A DNA stretch of 64,000 nt from Haliotis rubra. Its lineage: Eukaryota. The notes under the pieces were generated by a model. That model worked only from the letters and a program-made list of their open reading frames with translations, was not told the origin of the DNA and did not search any database. Positions 27,385 to 39,610 of the stretch are shown piece by piece. The first letter of the stretch is position 1. Every line of letters starts with the position of its first letter. Where the stretch lies: positions 1,550,001-1,614,000 of the forward strand of contig NW_025765303.1 in NCBI RefSeq assembly GCF_003918875.1, given 5' to 3'. A program made the position numbers and the translations under genes.

Positions 27385-29699
27385 AGATTTGTGTGGACAC
27401 ATCCTTGAATTGACACAATTTGTGCTGTTGTTTCAATCATGTATTTGTTGTGAATGTGATCTAGATGGTATTCTGTGTAGGATGATATGTACCCAAATAT
27501 TGGAATATTATATGTTAAAACAAATAAATATGTCATCAAAAGAGCCTTCTCGTTGTTTGTCATTTTATTATTGGCAGTGAAAATCGCTGTGGAGATGTTC
27601 GTCATTTGGACAAACTAGAAACCTGTTATCGTAGATTCGAAAACCTGTTTGTCTCGATTATGTTTCAACGTTTGTTAGCGCCATACCCATGCTCGTAATG
27701 ATTTATTGTACTGTGAAGCATTTCGAGTCAGAGGTCATCTTGATTATTTATTTTTTTATCTTTAATCCACGCAAAGACACGAGGGCCTGTGATGCTCGTG
27801 TGTTACGCCAACACGGCAAACGTCTGATACCTTCATTTCTTCGGACTTTCCCCCAAATTTAAATGCCATATAATGATGAAGCGGCGTTTATCCAAACCCA
27901 CTTGCTCGCTCGTGATATGAAATCCTCTATGAAGCATCAAATGTCCATCTTTAAGCGGTTCATTGTTGAATCTCAGAGAAGGGTCATTCTGGTAAGGGTT
28001 CGCTTGGAATATGTATGCCGTACATCAAAGGCCAATTTCGGTTTCTACACTGTATGGGCTTAAATAAGCATGTAGTCTTGTAACATAAGTCTTGTTCAAT
28101 TTGATGAATGTTATTTCTTGCAGCAGCCCCATAACGTAAGTAAAGATACGGCGGTACGTCACAATCACTATGACGTTTGATTTGGTGACGTCATGATTTA
28201 CTACAACGTCACTCAAAGCATTCGTTCTGCTTGAAGATAATGAAGACCATGGCCTGTTTCACAAAGAGTATTTAGTGAGCACTAAGGCTGTCGTTAGCCT
28301 ATGTGCTTGTGTCTGGTTGGGTGGGCAGGTGAGAAGGTGGGTGGGCGGGTATGTCGGATTGCATGCCGTGTGTCTTGATGCACGTGTGTTGGATAGTGGT
28401 TTGATGCTTTTACACGTACGCTTCGGTTGAAAAGTGTTCACCCATTTGAATGAGTGAGTTTAGTTTTACGGCGCACTCAGCACTATTCCAGCTATATGGC
28501 GGCGGTTTGTAAATAATCGAGTCTGGACCAGACAATCCAGTGATCAACAGCATGAGCATCAATCTGCGCAATTGGGAACTGATGACATCACCCATTTGAA
28601 AGCTGCAAAGATGGCCTGTGGCTGTGTGTGCGGTCTGTGTCTGCGGGTGTTCCTCTTTGAATATAACTATGTATGATAGAAGGTACATGTGTTCGATTAC
28701 ACCTGTAACTATTTGCATATATGTTTTGTGTGATTGGGCAGTATGTGACGTATGTGATGGCAGAAACCTTTGGTGTGAATGTGCATGTACGTATATGTGT
28801 AAATGCACTTGGTATATGTGGATTTATGTGAGCGACAACTTTATCTAAATATACTTTTTAATTTGTACGTTATTTTAACTCAATAATAGTTTTATGAATA
28901 AATAGTTTCTCGTAGGCCTGATGGTCGGAGCCCCCTCAGCATATCAGTGTGTTTTGTATTCATATCGGGGCGGTCGGGTAGCCTAGTAGTTAAAGCGTTC
29001 GCTCGTCAGTCCAAAGACCCGGGTTCGAGTCCCAACATGGGTACAATATGTGAAGCCCATTTCTGGTGTCCCTCGCCACGATATTGCTGGAATATTGCTA
29101 AAAGATTGGTAAAACCACACTCACTCACTTGTTTATATACAGCGGTACGACCGCTTTGTGGAACGGAACGCAGTTCTGAAATATAACTTCAGTTTCTTAT
29201 GGGCCTATAAACAAACGCGAACAAATAATAGATTAGTACAAAACTTGCATACGTTGTTCCGTATATCGGTTACCATATCCTTTGATATTCCAACAACAAT
29301 CCGTTCAATAGATCCGTAGCAGAACCAGCCTGAAGAAACGAGTACCGAACGATTGGTAATAAGAAACATATGTATATGAATTTATTCATCTGATTGTCAT
29401 TAACAGTTTATGTACAGTGGAACCTATTGCTCTAACACGCGTAGATTCGTTATGTCAGTCAGACCCTCCTTCTGAACTGCCGACCAGAAGACTTGAAGAC
29501 CGGCTTGACAAAACATATACAAACGTTATGTTAATCTTGCAAGACTGAAACCCGTCCTGAACCACTGTGTATATTACCCGTTTGATATACACCATCATCG
29601 TGTACCTGTGTTAAATATATCACAATCGAATTACTAGTTGAACCCTGAAGGGCCGGACTCAGCAACCCATGCTTATCGTAAGAGACTGACATATTTAGT

Positions 29700-30575
29700 A
29701 CATGGGCTGAGGAATCTAGGACATTGGGTGATTAAATCTGTCATAAGGGTGACAGATATGGGATGAGGAATCTACAACATGATGTGACAAATCTAAGTCA
29801 TAGTGTGACAAATCTCGGGCATGGGTTGACGAATCTACAACATGGGGTAACAAATCTCGGGCATGGGTTGACGAATCTACAACATTAGGTGACAAATCTC
29901 GGGCATAGACTGAGGAATCTACAACATGGCGTGGCAAATCTACTGCATGAGCTGAAGAATCTACGACATGAGGTGACAAATGTCGGGCATGGGTGGACGA
30001 ATCTACAACATGGGGTGACAAATCTCGGGCATAGACTGAGGAATCTACAACATGGGGTGACAAATATACTGCATGAGCTGAAGAATCTACGACATGAGGT
30101 GACAAATGTCGGGCATGGGTGGACGAATCTACAACATGGGGTGACAAATCTCGGGCATAGACTGAGGAATCTACAACATTGGGTGACAAATCTCGGACAT
30201 AGACTGAGGAATCTACAATATGGCGTGGCAAATCTACTGCATGAGCTGAAGAATCTACGACATGAGGTGACAAATGTCGGGCATTGGTTGACGAATCTAC
30301 AACATGGGGTGACAAATCTCGGGCATAGACTGAGGAATCTACAACATTGGGTGACAAATCTCGGACATAGACTGAGGAATCTACAATATGGCGTGGCAAA
30401 TCTACTGCATGACCTGAAGATTCTACGACATGATGTGACAAATCTAGGGCATGGGCTGAGGAATCTACAACATGGGGTGGCAAATTAAGACATGGGCTGA
30501 GGAATCTATGACATTTGGTGACAAATCTCGGGCATGGGGTGACAAATCTCGGACATGGGCTGAGGAATCTAGGAT
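29700..30575. repeat. 21-bp-unit minisatellite with 42-bp and 126-bp higher-order structure
   Basis: Alternating catggggtgacaaatctcggg and catagactgaggaatctacaa units. Confidence 0.92.
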
Positions 30576-30723
30576 CATGATCAGGTCTAATCAGTGGCAG
30601 GAACAAACCATCGTAAGTTTTCTGCATGTCAATGAGCGCAACACGGCGACGTCCCAATCCAACTCACCCAACTAAAAATGAGCATCATTTGGCACTCAAC
30701 GATTCCTCAATATTGTCCTCTTA

Positions 30724-30960
30724 ACCCGTGAAGATCGGGTTGCATTTGGTCTTCAGCAACCCATGCTTGTCGTTAAAGGCGACTGACTGAATCAGATGTT
30801 CAGACTCGCTGACTTGGTTGACCACACAAATGGCATCGTATTCCAATTGCGTAGATGGATGTTTGTGATGGCAGTCACTGGATTGTCTTTTGCCGAATCG
30901 ATAATTTACAGATCACAGTCATATAGCTGGAATATTGCTGAGGGCGTTAAACACCAAACA
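30724..30960 (+). mobile_element. SINE-like family B
   Basis: Starts ACCCGTGAAGATCGGGT. Confidence 0.8.
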
Positions 30961-31805
30961 AACATTTCTGGTGTTATTGCTGGAATATTGCTAAACTCTT
31001 AACTCACTCACTCACTCACCATTCAGTGAGAACCAAATCACAGGATTAGCAATGTCTCCTGGTTATATATGCCGACCAATGATGGCAGGCCTAACAACAC
31101 GTCCACCGTGCTATATGTGTCAAACTCTCATCCGAAGAAACTAGAGTTTCTACGTGGGGCGTGTGTCATTGAGTTTCATTTGAGCGTTATCACGTGACTT
31201 CTTCATATATCCGTGCACTGTACCTTCCGCGATGATTTTCATCGCTAAACGGACGCGAATGATATTTTTCTGTAAAAGATCACATTAAAATTGTAATTAG
31301 AAATACAAGAAAGTAAACACTAAAACGTTTTAAACCACTGAAGGCAGAGTCAACTGTTCGATTCAAACCATAATATCATGTGTTTATAAAGAATTTAAAA
31401 CTATTATTATACGAGTCCACTGAAAGCAGAGTCAATTGTTCGATTCAAACCAATATGACATGTGTTTATGAACCATTATTAAACTGTGACTCCAGCTGTT
31501 AGTGAACACAGAGTATTCAAACGGTTCAAGTATTACAAATGTGTAACGCAAAACTCCATAAAAAATACAAACAAAAAATAACAAAAACTTTATTTATTTT
31601 TGTTTACATCTAATGATAATGCATGTATGATCATCGCATTTGCTGTGTTAAAAATGCAATGAGCAGCATTTGTATTACAATTTACAGTTATTTGGTTGTT
31701 ATCGTTGTTTCTGTGGTAACATGTGCCCCTAGACCATTTGTGTAGTACTTTCTTGCCCCGCGGCCTGAAATATACAATGATAATACATTGTGCTTTGTAG
31801 AAATG

Positions 31806-32012
31806 CCTTCCTTAAGTGGCATTTAGAAGCTGGTATGATGAAGTGGAACACTTTTTATGGAGAGACAGCTTCTTTGTTGCAGTAGTTGCGACGTTTCGGT
31901 GTAGATCCTAACACCGTTATCATTTGCTTTATAACGGTGTTAGGATCTACACCGAAACGTCGCAACTACTGCAACAAAGAAGCTGTCTCTCCATAAAAAG
32001 TGTTCCACTCCA
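31806..32012. mobile_element. Palindromic non-autonomous element with minimal hammerhead-like (Penelope-type) motifs
   Basis: Perfect 79-bp inverted repeat (31842-31920 and 31931-32009) with a 10-nt spacer. 13-bp TSD CTTTGTAGAAATG at 31793-31805 and 32013-32025. Related decayed copies near 23630-23740 and 47000-47160. Confidence 0.7.
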
Positions 32013-32443
32013 CTTTGTAGAAATGGTTGAGTATTAAAATGATTAAATATTCAATTTGTTACTTATTAATCTACCCATTCCAAATTGGAAAATTATGTCA
32101 TATATTTTGAAGTACTATACAAATCAGGTTGGAGGGGTGGTGGGGTAGCCTAATAGTTAAAGCGTTGGCTCGAAACGCTGAAGACCCGAGTTTTTATTCC
32201 CTACATTGGTACAATGTGTGAAGCCCTTTTCCAATGTCCCCGGCCGCGACAATGCTGCAATATTGCTTAAAGCGTCGTAAAACCATACTCATTTTGCTAA
32301 CTCTTCCGATACACAGACACAAATGTTTTATTATTTCACCTATAGTTTTCTTATCCCGGGACCCATTTCAATGGAACCCAGTGGTACGACAGTTGATTTG
32401 GTTATAGAAGAACTTGTAAATTACGTATATAACGAACGCGCTT

Positions 32444-35400
32444 CTATCGATCTAACGGTAACAGTTTACTTGCAACCTGAGAGGAATAACATAAACGAGA
32501 ACATCCCCAATGCCGGAAAGAATGTTCACCATGACTAGACCACCAATCGGATTGTCGTTCAGGTCTCAAATAATGATTGTTGTGTTTGTATGAACCAACG
32601 TGCCACTGGCGACCACATCAGCAACTGGTGTAGCATAGACAACAGTTGACAGTCTCCTCTTTTAGTAGTCCAGGCCACTTGCTATATATTTAGTAGAAAT
32701 GCATAAAACGAACTACGATTAAAACGAACTACGATTAGTGGTCCCTGCGAGTTCGTTATAACCGTAGTTTTCTGAATAGGACAACAAGCGTGGTTTGTGA
32801 CCATGTGCTTCCTATATAAGTGGGAACTTCAGTTAAATATCGTGTCATGTATCTTCTTATCGTCCTTGGTGTAGTGGTTAGAACGTTCGATCCCCAGCCG
32901 CGCCATGCAAAAATACGTTAAAGTATGGTACTTGTTGGTCCCTGCCTGGCGCTCGGCATTAATGGGTACAACAAGGACTGGTTGGCTCGGAGTCAGTATA
33001 ATGTGTCTGAGTGGGGTATTCATGCTTAACTGTGGAATGGTATCTCCAGTGAGCTAGCATTATAAAACCAGCTTAAGTCTGGGCTAGTACAAGCAGCCAC
33101 ACAAACACACGCACGCACGTCATCATATAAGCGAAATATTCTTAAGTACGACGTTAAACCCCATTTCACCTCATCTCACGTAACCTCACCTTATTATCAA
33201 AGGAAGTAACAAGTTATATTCTTTCCAAGTCATAACCATTATTTTGCCTCCTGTATATTTACATTTCGTATTCACTAACACACCATCAAATACAATCAGC
33301 TTTAACACTGAATGAAGGATGAAGTTCATGAGGCCTTGTCTTCAATTGTAAATGTGTTGGATTGTCTTAACATATGATTGACATTCGACTAAAATGCTCT
33401 TATTGATATTAATAGAAAAAGAACTCTACACGATTAACATATTCTTATATATTATTAATAAGTCAATGATGATTAATTGTTAAAATAAATTACATCTCAG
33501 TGTTGACAAATAACGAGCCACCATGACGTCAGAGGGAGAATGTTGTTTTAAGAGCATATTCTGCAATATTCCAGATTTACCACTGCATGACAAATTCTAA
33601 CCCGGAACCTGAGAGAGTTTATTATATACTCTTATTATTATATTAAAAAGTAGAGGAACCTGCACTTTCAATTTGGATAAGAAGTATAAGCGATTACTGT
33701 ACAAACAACTATGGTCATAAGGATGTGCAAGTGGTGATGTACTCTCAAAACATCTCTCAACATTGATTGACTCCAATATAGCTCCCAATTTTTTCAATCG
33801 TAAATTAAAAATGAAGTTCCACTACTTTTTTTAAGAGTATAGTATTACAATAGAAAGTTAAAGTTACCGAGCCTTACGGCTGGATCAATCAGCATCGCAT
33901 ATTACAAGTAAGAGTAGCTGGGGACGGACAAGTTGAAAACCCCGGGGGAAAAAAAACAACCCACGCACGCACGCGCGCGCACACACACACACACTCCATA
34001 GGGGAACATTACATGTGAGCATGGCTTACCGCTAGTTTCCTGTTCAGTCTCCTCAGGTCGAAGAGTGTGAAGCAGAGGTTCCGGAACTGACTTTCAGCAT
34101 CTTCCAGCAGATTTAAGGGGTCCTTCTCCCAGTCTGTAAGAATGCGTGAGTCAGTTAATACTGCATGGTGTTGTCAGTGATAATCCAGTACTATCGCGGT
34201 CGCCTCTAAATAGGGGAGTTTGTGCTATACCAGTGGTTTATGAATAGGAGTGAAAAAACATTTTTATTATCATCAGAATCTACGCAATGAAGGAATATGG
34301 TACGAGTCTATACTATACGGGGCTGTACTATACGGGCCTGTACCATACGGAGCTGTAGCATACGGGGCTGTACCATACGGGGATATACCATACAGGGCGA
34401 TACCATACGAGGGTGTACCATACTGGATTCTACTATACAAGGATATACCGTACGAAACTGTACTATATGGAGGTTGTACGACACGGAGCTATATCATACT
34501 GGGGTTGCGGGGCAAAGCCACGACGCTGTACCATCCAGGGCTCTACTATATGGGGATTACCGTACGGGCTGTACCATATGGGCTGTACCATACGGGGCTC
34601 TACCATACTGAGAATAAAGTACTATACCATATTGGGTCTGTTTGTCTACAATGAGAACATGTTCTACTGATGCAGTAATGGGGAACCAAACCGCTCAGTG
34701 ATCGAAGGCACATACGTTTGCTGTGTATAGTTCACACATTCCAGGATCCGTTGTCACGGGTTCGATTCCCGAATAAAAACCAGAGTTTGTCAGCACGATA
34801 CCCGTAATCACGAAATTACAATATATGGAATCTGTCCATTACGGACTGCCTGGGACCGACTAATTTGCCCGGATTATAAAGCAGTCGGGATTAGTCAACT
34901 TGTGTCCGTTAATGTCAATAAGTTTCACTTTGTGACAAATCAGACCGCCTACGTTTCGCTGAAGTGAATGTGAAACATTCATGTAAGCTGTCATTTATAG
35001 GACTTCAAACTGACTCTGAGTTAATCTTATCACATTAAATAAGGTGTGTTTAAAGAGTGAGTAAGTGAGTTTAGATTTACGCCGCACTCAGAAATATTCC
35101 AGCTATATGGCGGCGGTCTGTAAATAATCAGACAATCCAGTGATCAACAGCATGAACATCGATCTGCGCAATTGGGAACCGATGACATGTGTCAACCAAG
35201 TCAGCGGGCCTGACCACCTGATCCCGTTAGTCAAGCATGGCTTACTGAAGATCAATATTCTAACCCGAACCTTCACGGGTATGTGTTTATAGAATTAATT
35301 AACCATTGAGAACAGAAGTAACGGATATGTTTATTCAGCGACTGTTATTTAAGTCAGCTACGTCCGGATTGTAAAGCAAGCTTGTGTAATAAATTAAGAA

Positions 35401-36529
35401 CAATTTAGCCTGGACTCAGAGAGTAGTTCGGATTATGGAGAAAACCGGTTTACAAGGAATCCGGATTTGACAGATCCCACTGTTTATAGTCAGCGTTATA
35501 CCAAGTCTGGAAAATACAACACTTAATATGTACTGACCCATTCCAGTCGTCATAGGGGCATCTGTTGACCTCTTGGTCCTCAACAGATTCAACAGCCGGC
35601 TTACCAGCTTCTCCGTTCGCGTGGTTGTTGGTGTGTGTCCTTTCTCTTGGCGAAGGTACACCCCAGACACAATACAGGTTTGGAGAACCATGTCGGAGAT
35701 GAACGCCTTCTGCATCAAACCGAATGCTGGAAAGAAATTCGATTAAACCTTTATACTTCTCATAACCAATAACAATATTTAAACAAATATATACTTACTT
35801 TCTCTTTAGTTGCGGGACCTGCTGTTAGAGCAGGGCATGGCGTCCTTTTCGCTAAAACCTGGGTTCACTTGCACAATGCATTGTACAATGATTGTAACTC
35901 CCATAGTCTAACCTAGGCTTAAAATAGTCGTAGCGCTAAGATCGCTTTGTGCATGTGGGCCCTGGTGTCAATACTCATTTCCAGTGAGTGAGTATGTTTT
36001 TACGTAAGGTTTAAGCAAAATTTCAAAGGGGGATATCAGAATTGACCTTCACACCTTGTACGTATGCAGGGAATTGAACCCAGTTCTTCAGCGTGACAAG
36101 CGAACGCTTTAACTATCAGGCTACCCGACTGTTCCTCTCCTTTTTAGTGATCAATTCACTGTATTGCCAATGTAGGGCCCAATGGATATTGTGTCTCCAG
36201 TAATGTGCAGGATTTATGAACCATCTCTCAATAATATAATTTCCCATAATTTCGCTTATTCAACCCGTTAAAGAGGGTATGGCTATTGCAGATGATTCAA
36301 AACATCGTACTTGTTCTGTGAGCTACTTACTTTCCAATGGTTTGACATCGCTTGACGTCCAATGATCTTTTGAAGCTATTCCTTCAGATTCGTCCAAGAA
36401 CGTATCAAATTCCTTGATGAATTTCTTTTCATCGTCCTGCAGGTCTATATTTCGACGAACCGTCCTAGGCCGTGCTCCTGGCGTCCCAAAGCACGCCATC
36501 AATAAACAGAAACACAGCAATACCCGCAT
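32444..36529 (-). CDS. Orphan secreted protein, ~174 aa, predicted mostly alpha-helical (cytokine-like or prohormone-like)
   Basis: Exons 36529-36331 (signal peptide MRVLLCFCLLMACFGTPGA, donor GTAAGT, phase 1), 35726-35538 (ttctttccag, GTCAGT, phase 1), 34133-34030 (cttacag, GTAAGC, phase 0) join in one open frame. The probable last exon is 32476-32444 (tttatgttattcctctcag|VASKLLPLDR*, AATAAA about 110 nt downstream) and is less certain. An upstream acceptor at 36563 implies a non-coding first exon. Confidence 0.75.
32862..33192 (+). mobile_element. SINE family C
   Basis: Body and tail match, with a shortened head. Confidence 0.85.
34295..34630. repeat. 15-bp minisatellite (CTGTACCATACGGGG)n
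   Basis: Degenerate tandem units in intron 2 of the orphan gene. Confidence 0.85.
35057..35280 (-). mobile_element. SINE-like family B
   Basis: Starts ACCCGTGAAGGTTCGGGT and has a (TCAC)n tail. Lies in an intron of the orphan secreted gene. Confidence 0.85.
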
Positions 36530-37974
36530 ACTGTCCTCAGATCTACTGCGATTCACCCTTAATCTGAAGAAAAATAATTCATCTATGATTTGGTGCAATC
36601 GATAAACTTAAACACAGCAATGTCCGCATACTTCTGAAAAACAAGGGGCAAATGAAGTAAGGCTGATGTCACTGAATCAACGATGCCAACAGTTGATGAA
36701 TAGTTACGACTGTCCAATACAGAGATATCTACACAAACATGTAGCCTTGATCCAAGACTGTACTGAATGCTAAGCCCATGGATATAGCAATTCTATCCTT
36801 TGAAGAGTGTGAGTGAGTGAGTTTAGTTTTACGCCGCACTCCGCAATATCCCAGCTATATGGCGGCGGTCCTTTGAAGAGACAAGTCTAGATGAGCGAGA
36901 CATGGCGCCAGTCAGTTATTTATAATTTTTAGAAATTATCATTTAAACTAGTCTGTTATTTACATTTCTTAGAAATTATCCTTTAAACTGATAATTATTA
37001 CCCTAGAAACTATCCTTTAAACTAATAATTATTACATTAGATACTTATGCAAGTCTAACGAACATTTAATGTGGTTTTCTAACCCATTAATCGTTATTTC
37101 ATCCCAAACAAATCAAGATATATTTCACATTTTACTCTAAAAAAAAAGATGTTTTGCATTGTGGCCACGACTTAGTCATTGCAACAGTAACATGTCCGTA
37201 TCGTTATTTACAGTGGGTTGGGTGAACGCCTCTTCCAACTGTATTCCATATGTTACACACCGCGTATGTGATCTAGTGGACGGAGCGTAACAGACAGGTG
37301 GTTCGATCCCCGGATGCATCAAACCAACAGACATCAAAAGATGGTAGTCATCGGTTTCCAATTGCGCAGATCGATGCTCATGCTGTTGATCACTGGATTG
37401 TCTGGTCCAGACTCGATTTTTTACAGACCGCCGCCATATAGCTGGAATATTGCTTAGTGCGGCGTAAACCTAAACTCACTCATTCACTCACTCACTCACT
37501 CAAAAGATGGTACTTGTTTTTAAACTGCCTGGTGTTCGGCACAATATGGATAACACACGGTCTAGTCTGCTGAAAATGAGACACCGTGAGTATTTGTAAA
37601 ACTCGGTGCCAAAATATAATTTATATACATGGGTTGTAAATGACCCCAAATATTTTGCGGGAATCCATGTTACATCTGGTGTGTCAGTGGGATGAATGCA
37701 TGGTAAAACCGATAGTTGAAATACGTCACTCCTTGTACGGATATCGTTCGTGACCAACTCGTGTTATTCCGGGACAAACCGACTTGCGACTCGTGTCTTC
37801 TTGGAGCATTCAAAACAACTCGTCCCTTTCCGTAACCAGAAAGAAAACTCGTACCCCTCTCGTAGCCATTTTATTGAACGTGGCTCTGTCTGAGTGCAAA
37901 AGCGCAGAGAGAAAACAATAGTCTAGTCGCCGAAGCATTTTCAGGGGCTTGTAATTCTAGTTTACTTGGAAAAC

Positions 37975-38956
37975 TATGGAATCCTGGAAGGGACATTGTC
38001 GCGTTGTCGCATTGTCGCGTTGTCGCTCTCTCAAATACAAGCAAAATGAGGCAAAATTAACCAAAACGCGACACGCAACATCGCGACAACGCGACATTTC
38101 GCCCATTTGTCGCATTGTCGCGATGTCGCGTGTCGCGTTTTGAATAATGTTTTTTTTTATTCCTCCAAAGGGCGACACGCGACATAGCGACAATTTTCAA
38201 GGTCAAAATATGTCGCGTTGTCATGGGTGAAATGTTCAAAGTGATGAGTGTGTATGGTGCTGGGATTAGAACCTATGATCATAGTTATCTAGTGTGACTA
38301 AGAGACACAACCCTGCATAGCAAATTGCCTCGCCTTGAATGACAGGGCCACCGTGTGCCGTCATTACAATGAATAGTAGCGCCAATGATTTGTGTTGCTG
38401 CTAAAACACACTTGATTGGACAAATACATTTACAATAGATGCAATAATATTCAAAGCAACAATGAAAGATTTGCATTAAGTTCACGAAAAGCAGCCCCAT
38501 TATCATTACGTGTACTACTTCATTGTAAAAACCATTGGAGGTAACAAAAGACCACTGAAGTGTGAAATAGAGTATAACTTTTCCTGCGCATGCGTAGACT
38601 AATTGACTTTCTACGCATGCGCACCGGTAATCGAAAAGGGCGACAACGCGACACGCGACAATGCGACATATTGAATATGTCGCATTGTCGCGTTTTAATC
38701 AATTTTTAGGCTTCTTTTTCCACATCTTAGATAGGGCGACAATGCGACATATTTTGACCTTGAAAATTGTCAAAACGCGACAAGCGACATCGCGACAATG
38801 CGACAAATGGGCGAAATGTCGCGATGTCGCGTGTCGCTATTTGGTTTATTTTGCCTCATTTTACTTGTCGCTATTTGGTTTATTTTGCCTCATTTTACTT
38901 GTTTTTGAGAGGGCGACAATGCGACAACGCAACAATGTCCCTTCTCGGATTCCATA
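37975..38956. mobile_element. MITE with long TIRs rich in (TGTCGC) subrepeats
   Basis: Ends TATGGAATCC..GGATTCCATA, about 250-bp inverted arms, 6-bp TSD GAAAAC (37969-37974 and 38957-38962). Confidence 0.8.
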
Positions 38957-39253
38957 GAAAACAAAGATGGCATCCATGCCAAGGAAATTCTTCCGAGTGA
39001 ACGGTGAATACTTTCCTACGCCATAATGTTAATACATCCCGGTTATGAAAATTCAGGAAACCCAGGAGGACTATGCAATAATTAAATATACTGGAAGTTT
39101 CTGGGGAAAAATTATGCAAACCGAAATGAAAATTATTCCAACAAACTATTTTGACCCAATTTCTTCTCTACATACGCGAATTCTGATTGGCTGGGGGAAT
39201 ATTTTTCCCGGACATGGCTACGAGAGGGGTACGAGTCTTCTTTCTGGTTACGG

Positions 39254-39610
39254 GACCGCCTCCGTGGTGTAGTGGTTAGAGCGTCCGCCCGGAGAGCGGA
39301 AGGTCGCGGGTTCGATCCCCGATCGCGTCATACCAAAAGACGTTAAAATATGGTGCTTGTTGGTCTCTGTCTGGCGCTCGGCATTTATGGGTACAACAAG
39401 GACTGGTCGGCTCGGAGTCAGTATAATGTGTCTGAGTGGGGTATTCATGCTTAACTGCGGCATGGTATCTCAGTGAGCTAGCACTATAAAACCAGCTTAA
39501 GTCTGGGCTAGTACAAGCAGCCGCACATACACATACACACGCATGCACGTCGTCATATGAGCGAAATATTCTCAAGTACGACGTAAAACCCAATTTCACC
39601 TCACCTCACC
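39254..39610 (+). mobile_element. tRNA-derived SINE family C (~355 bp, V-domain-like body)
   Basis: tRNA head (TGGTGTAGTGG..GGTTCGATCCC), body GTCATACCAAAAGACG..GGACTGGTCGGCTCGGAGTCAG, (CACCT)n tail. 11-bp TSD TCTGGTTACGG. Confidence 0.9.

Noticed and set aside
29700-30575. CRISPR-like regular repeats (also 25279-25740 and 54985-55400)
   Set aside because: No unique spacers, no cas genes, eukaryotic context. They are minisatellites.
34250-34670. Gly/Tyr-rich (GAVPY)n ORF resembling a shell or cuticle protein
   Set aside because: It is a 15-bp minisatellite open in all three frames, has no signal peptide, and is antisense within an intron.
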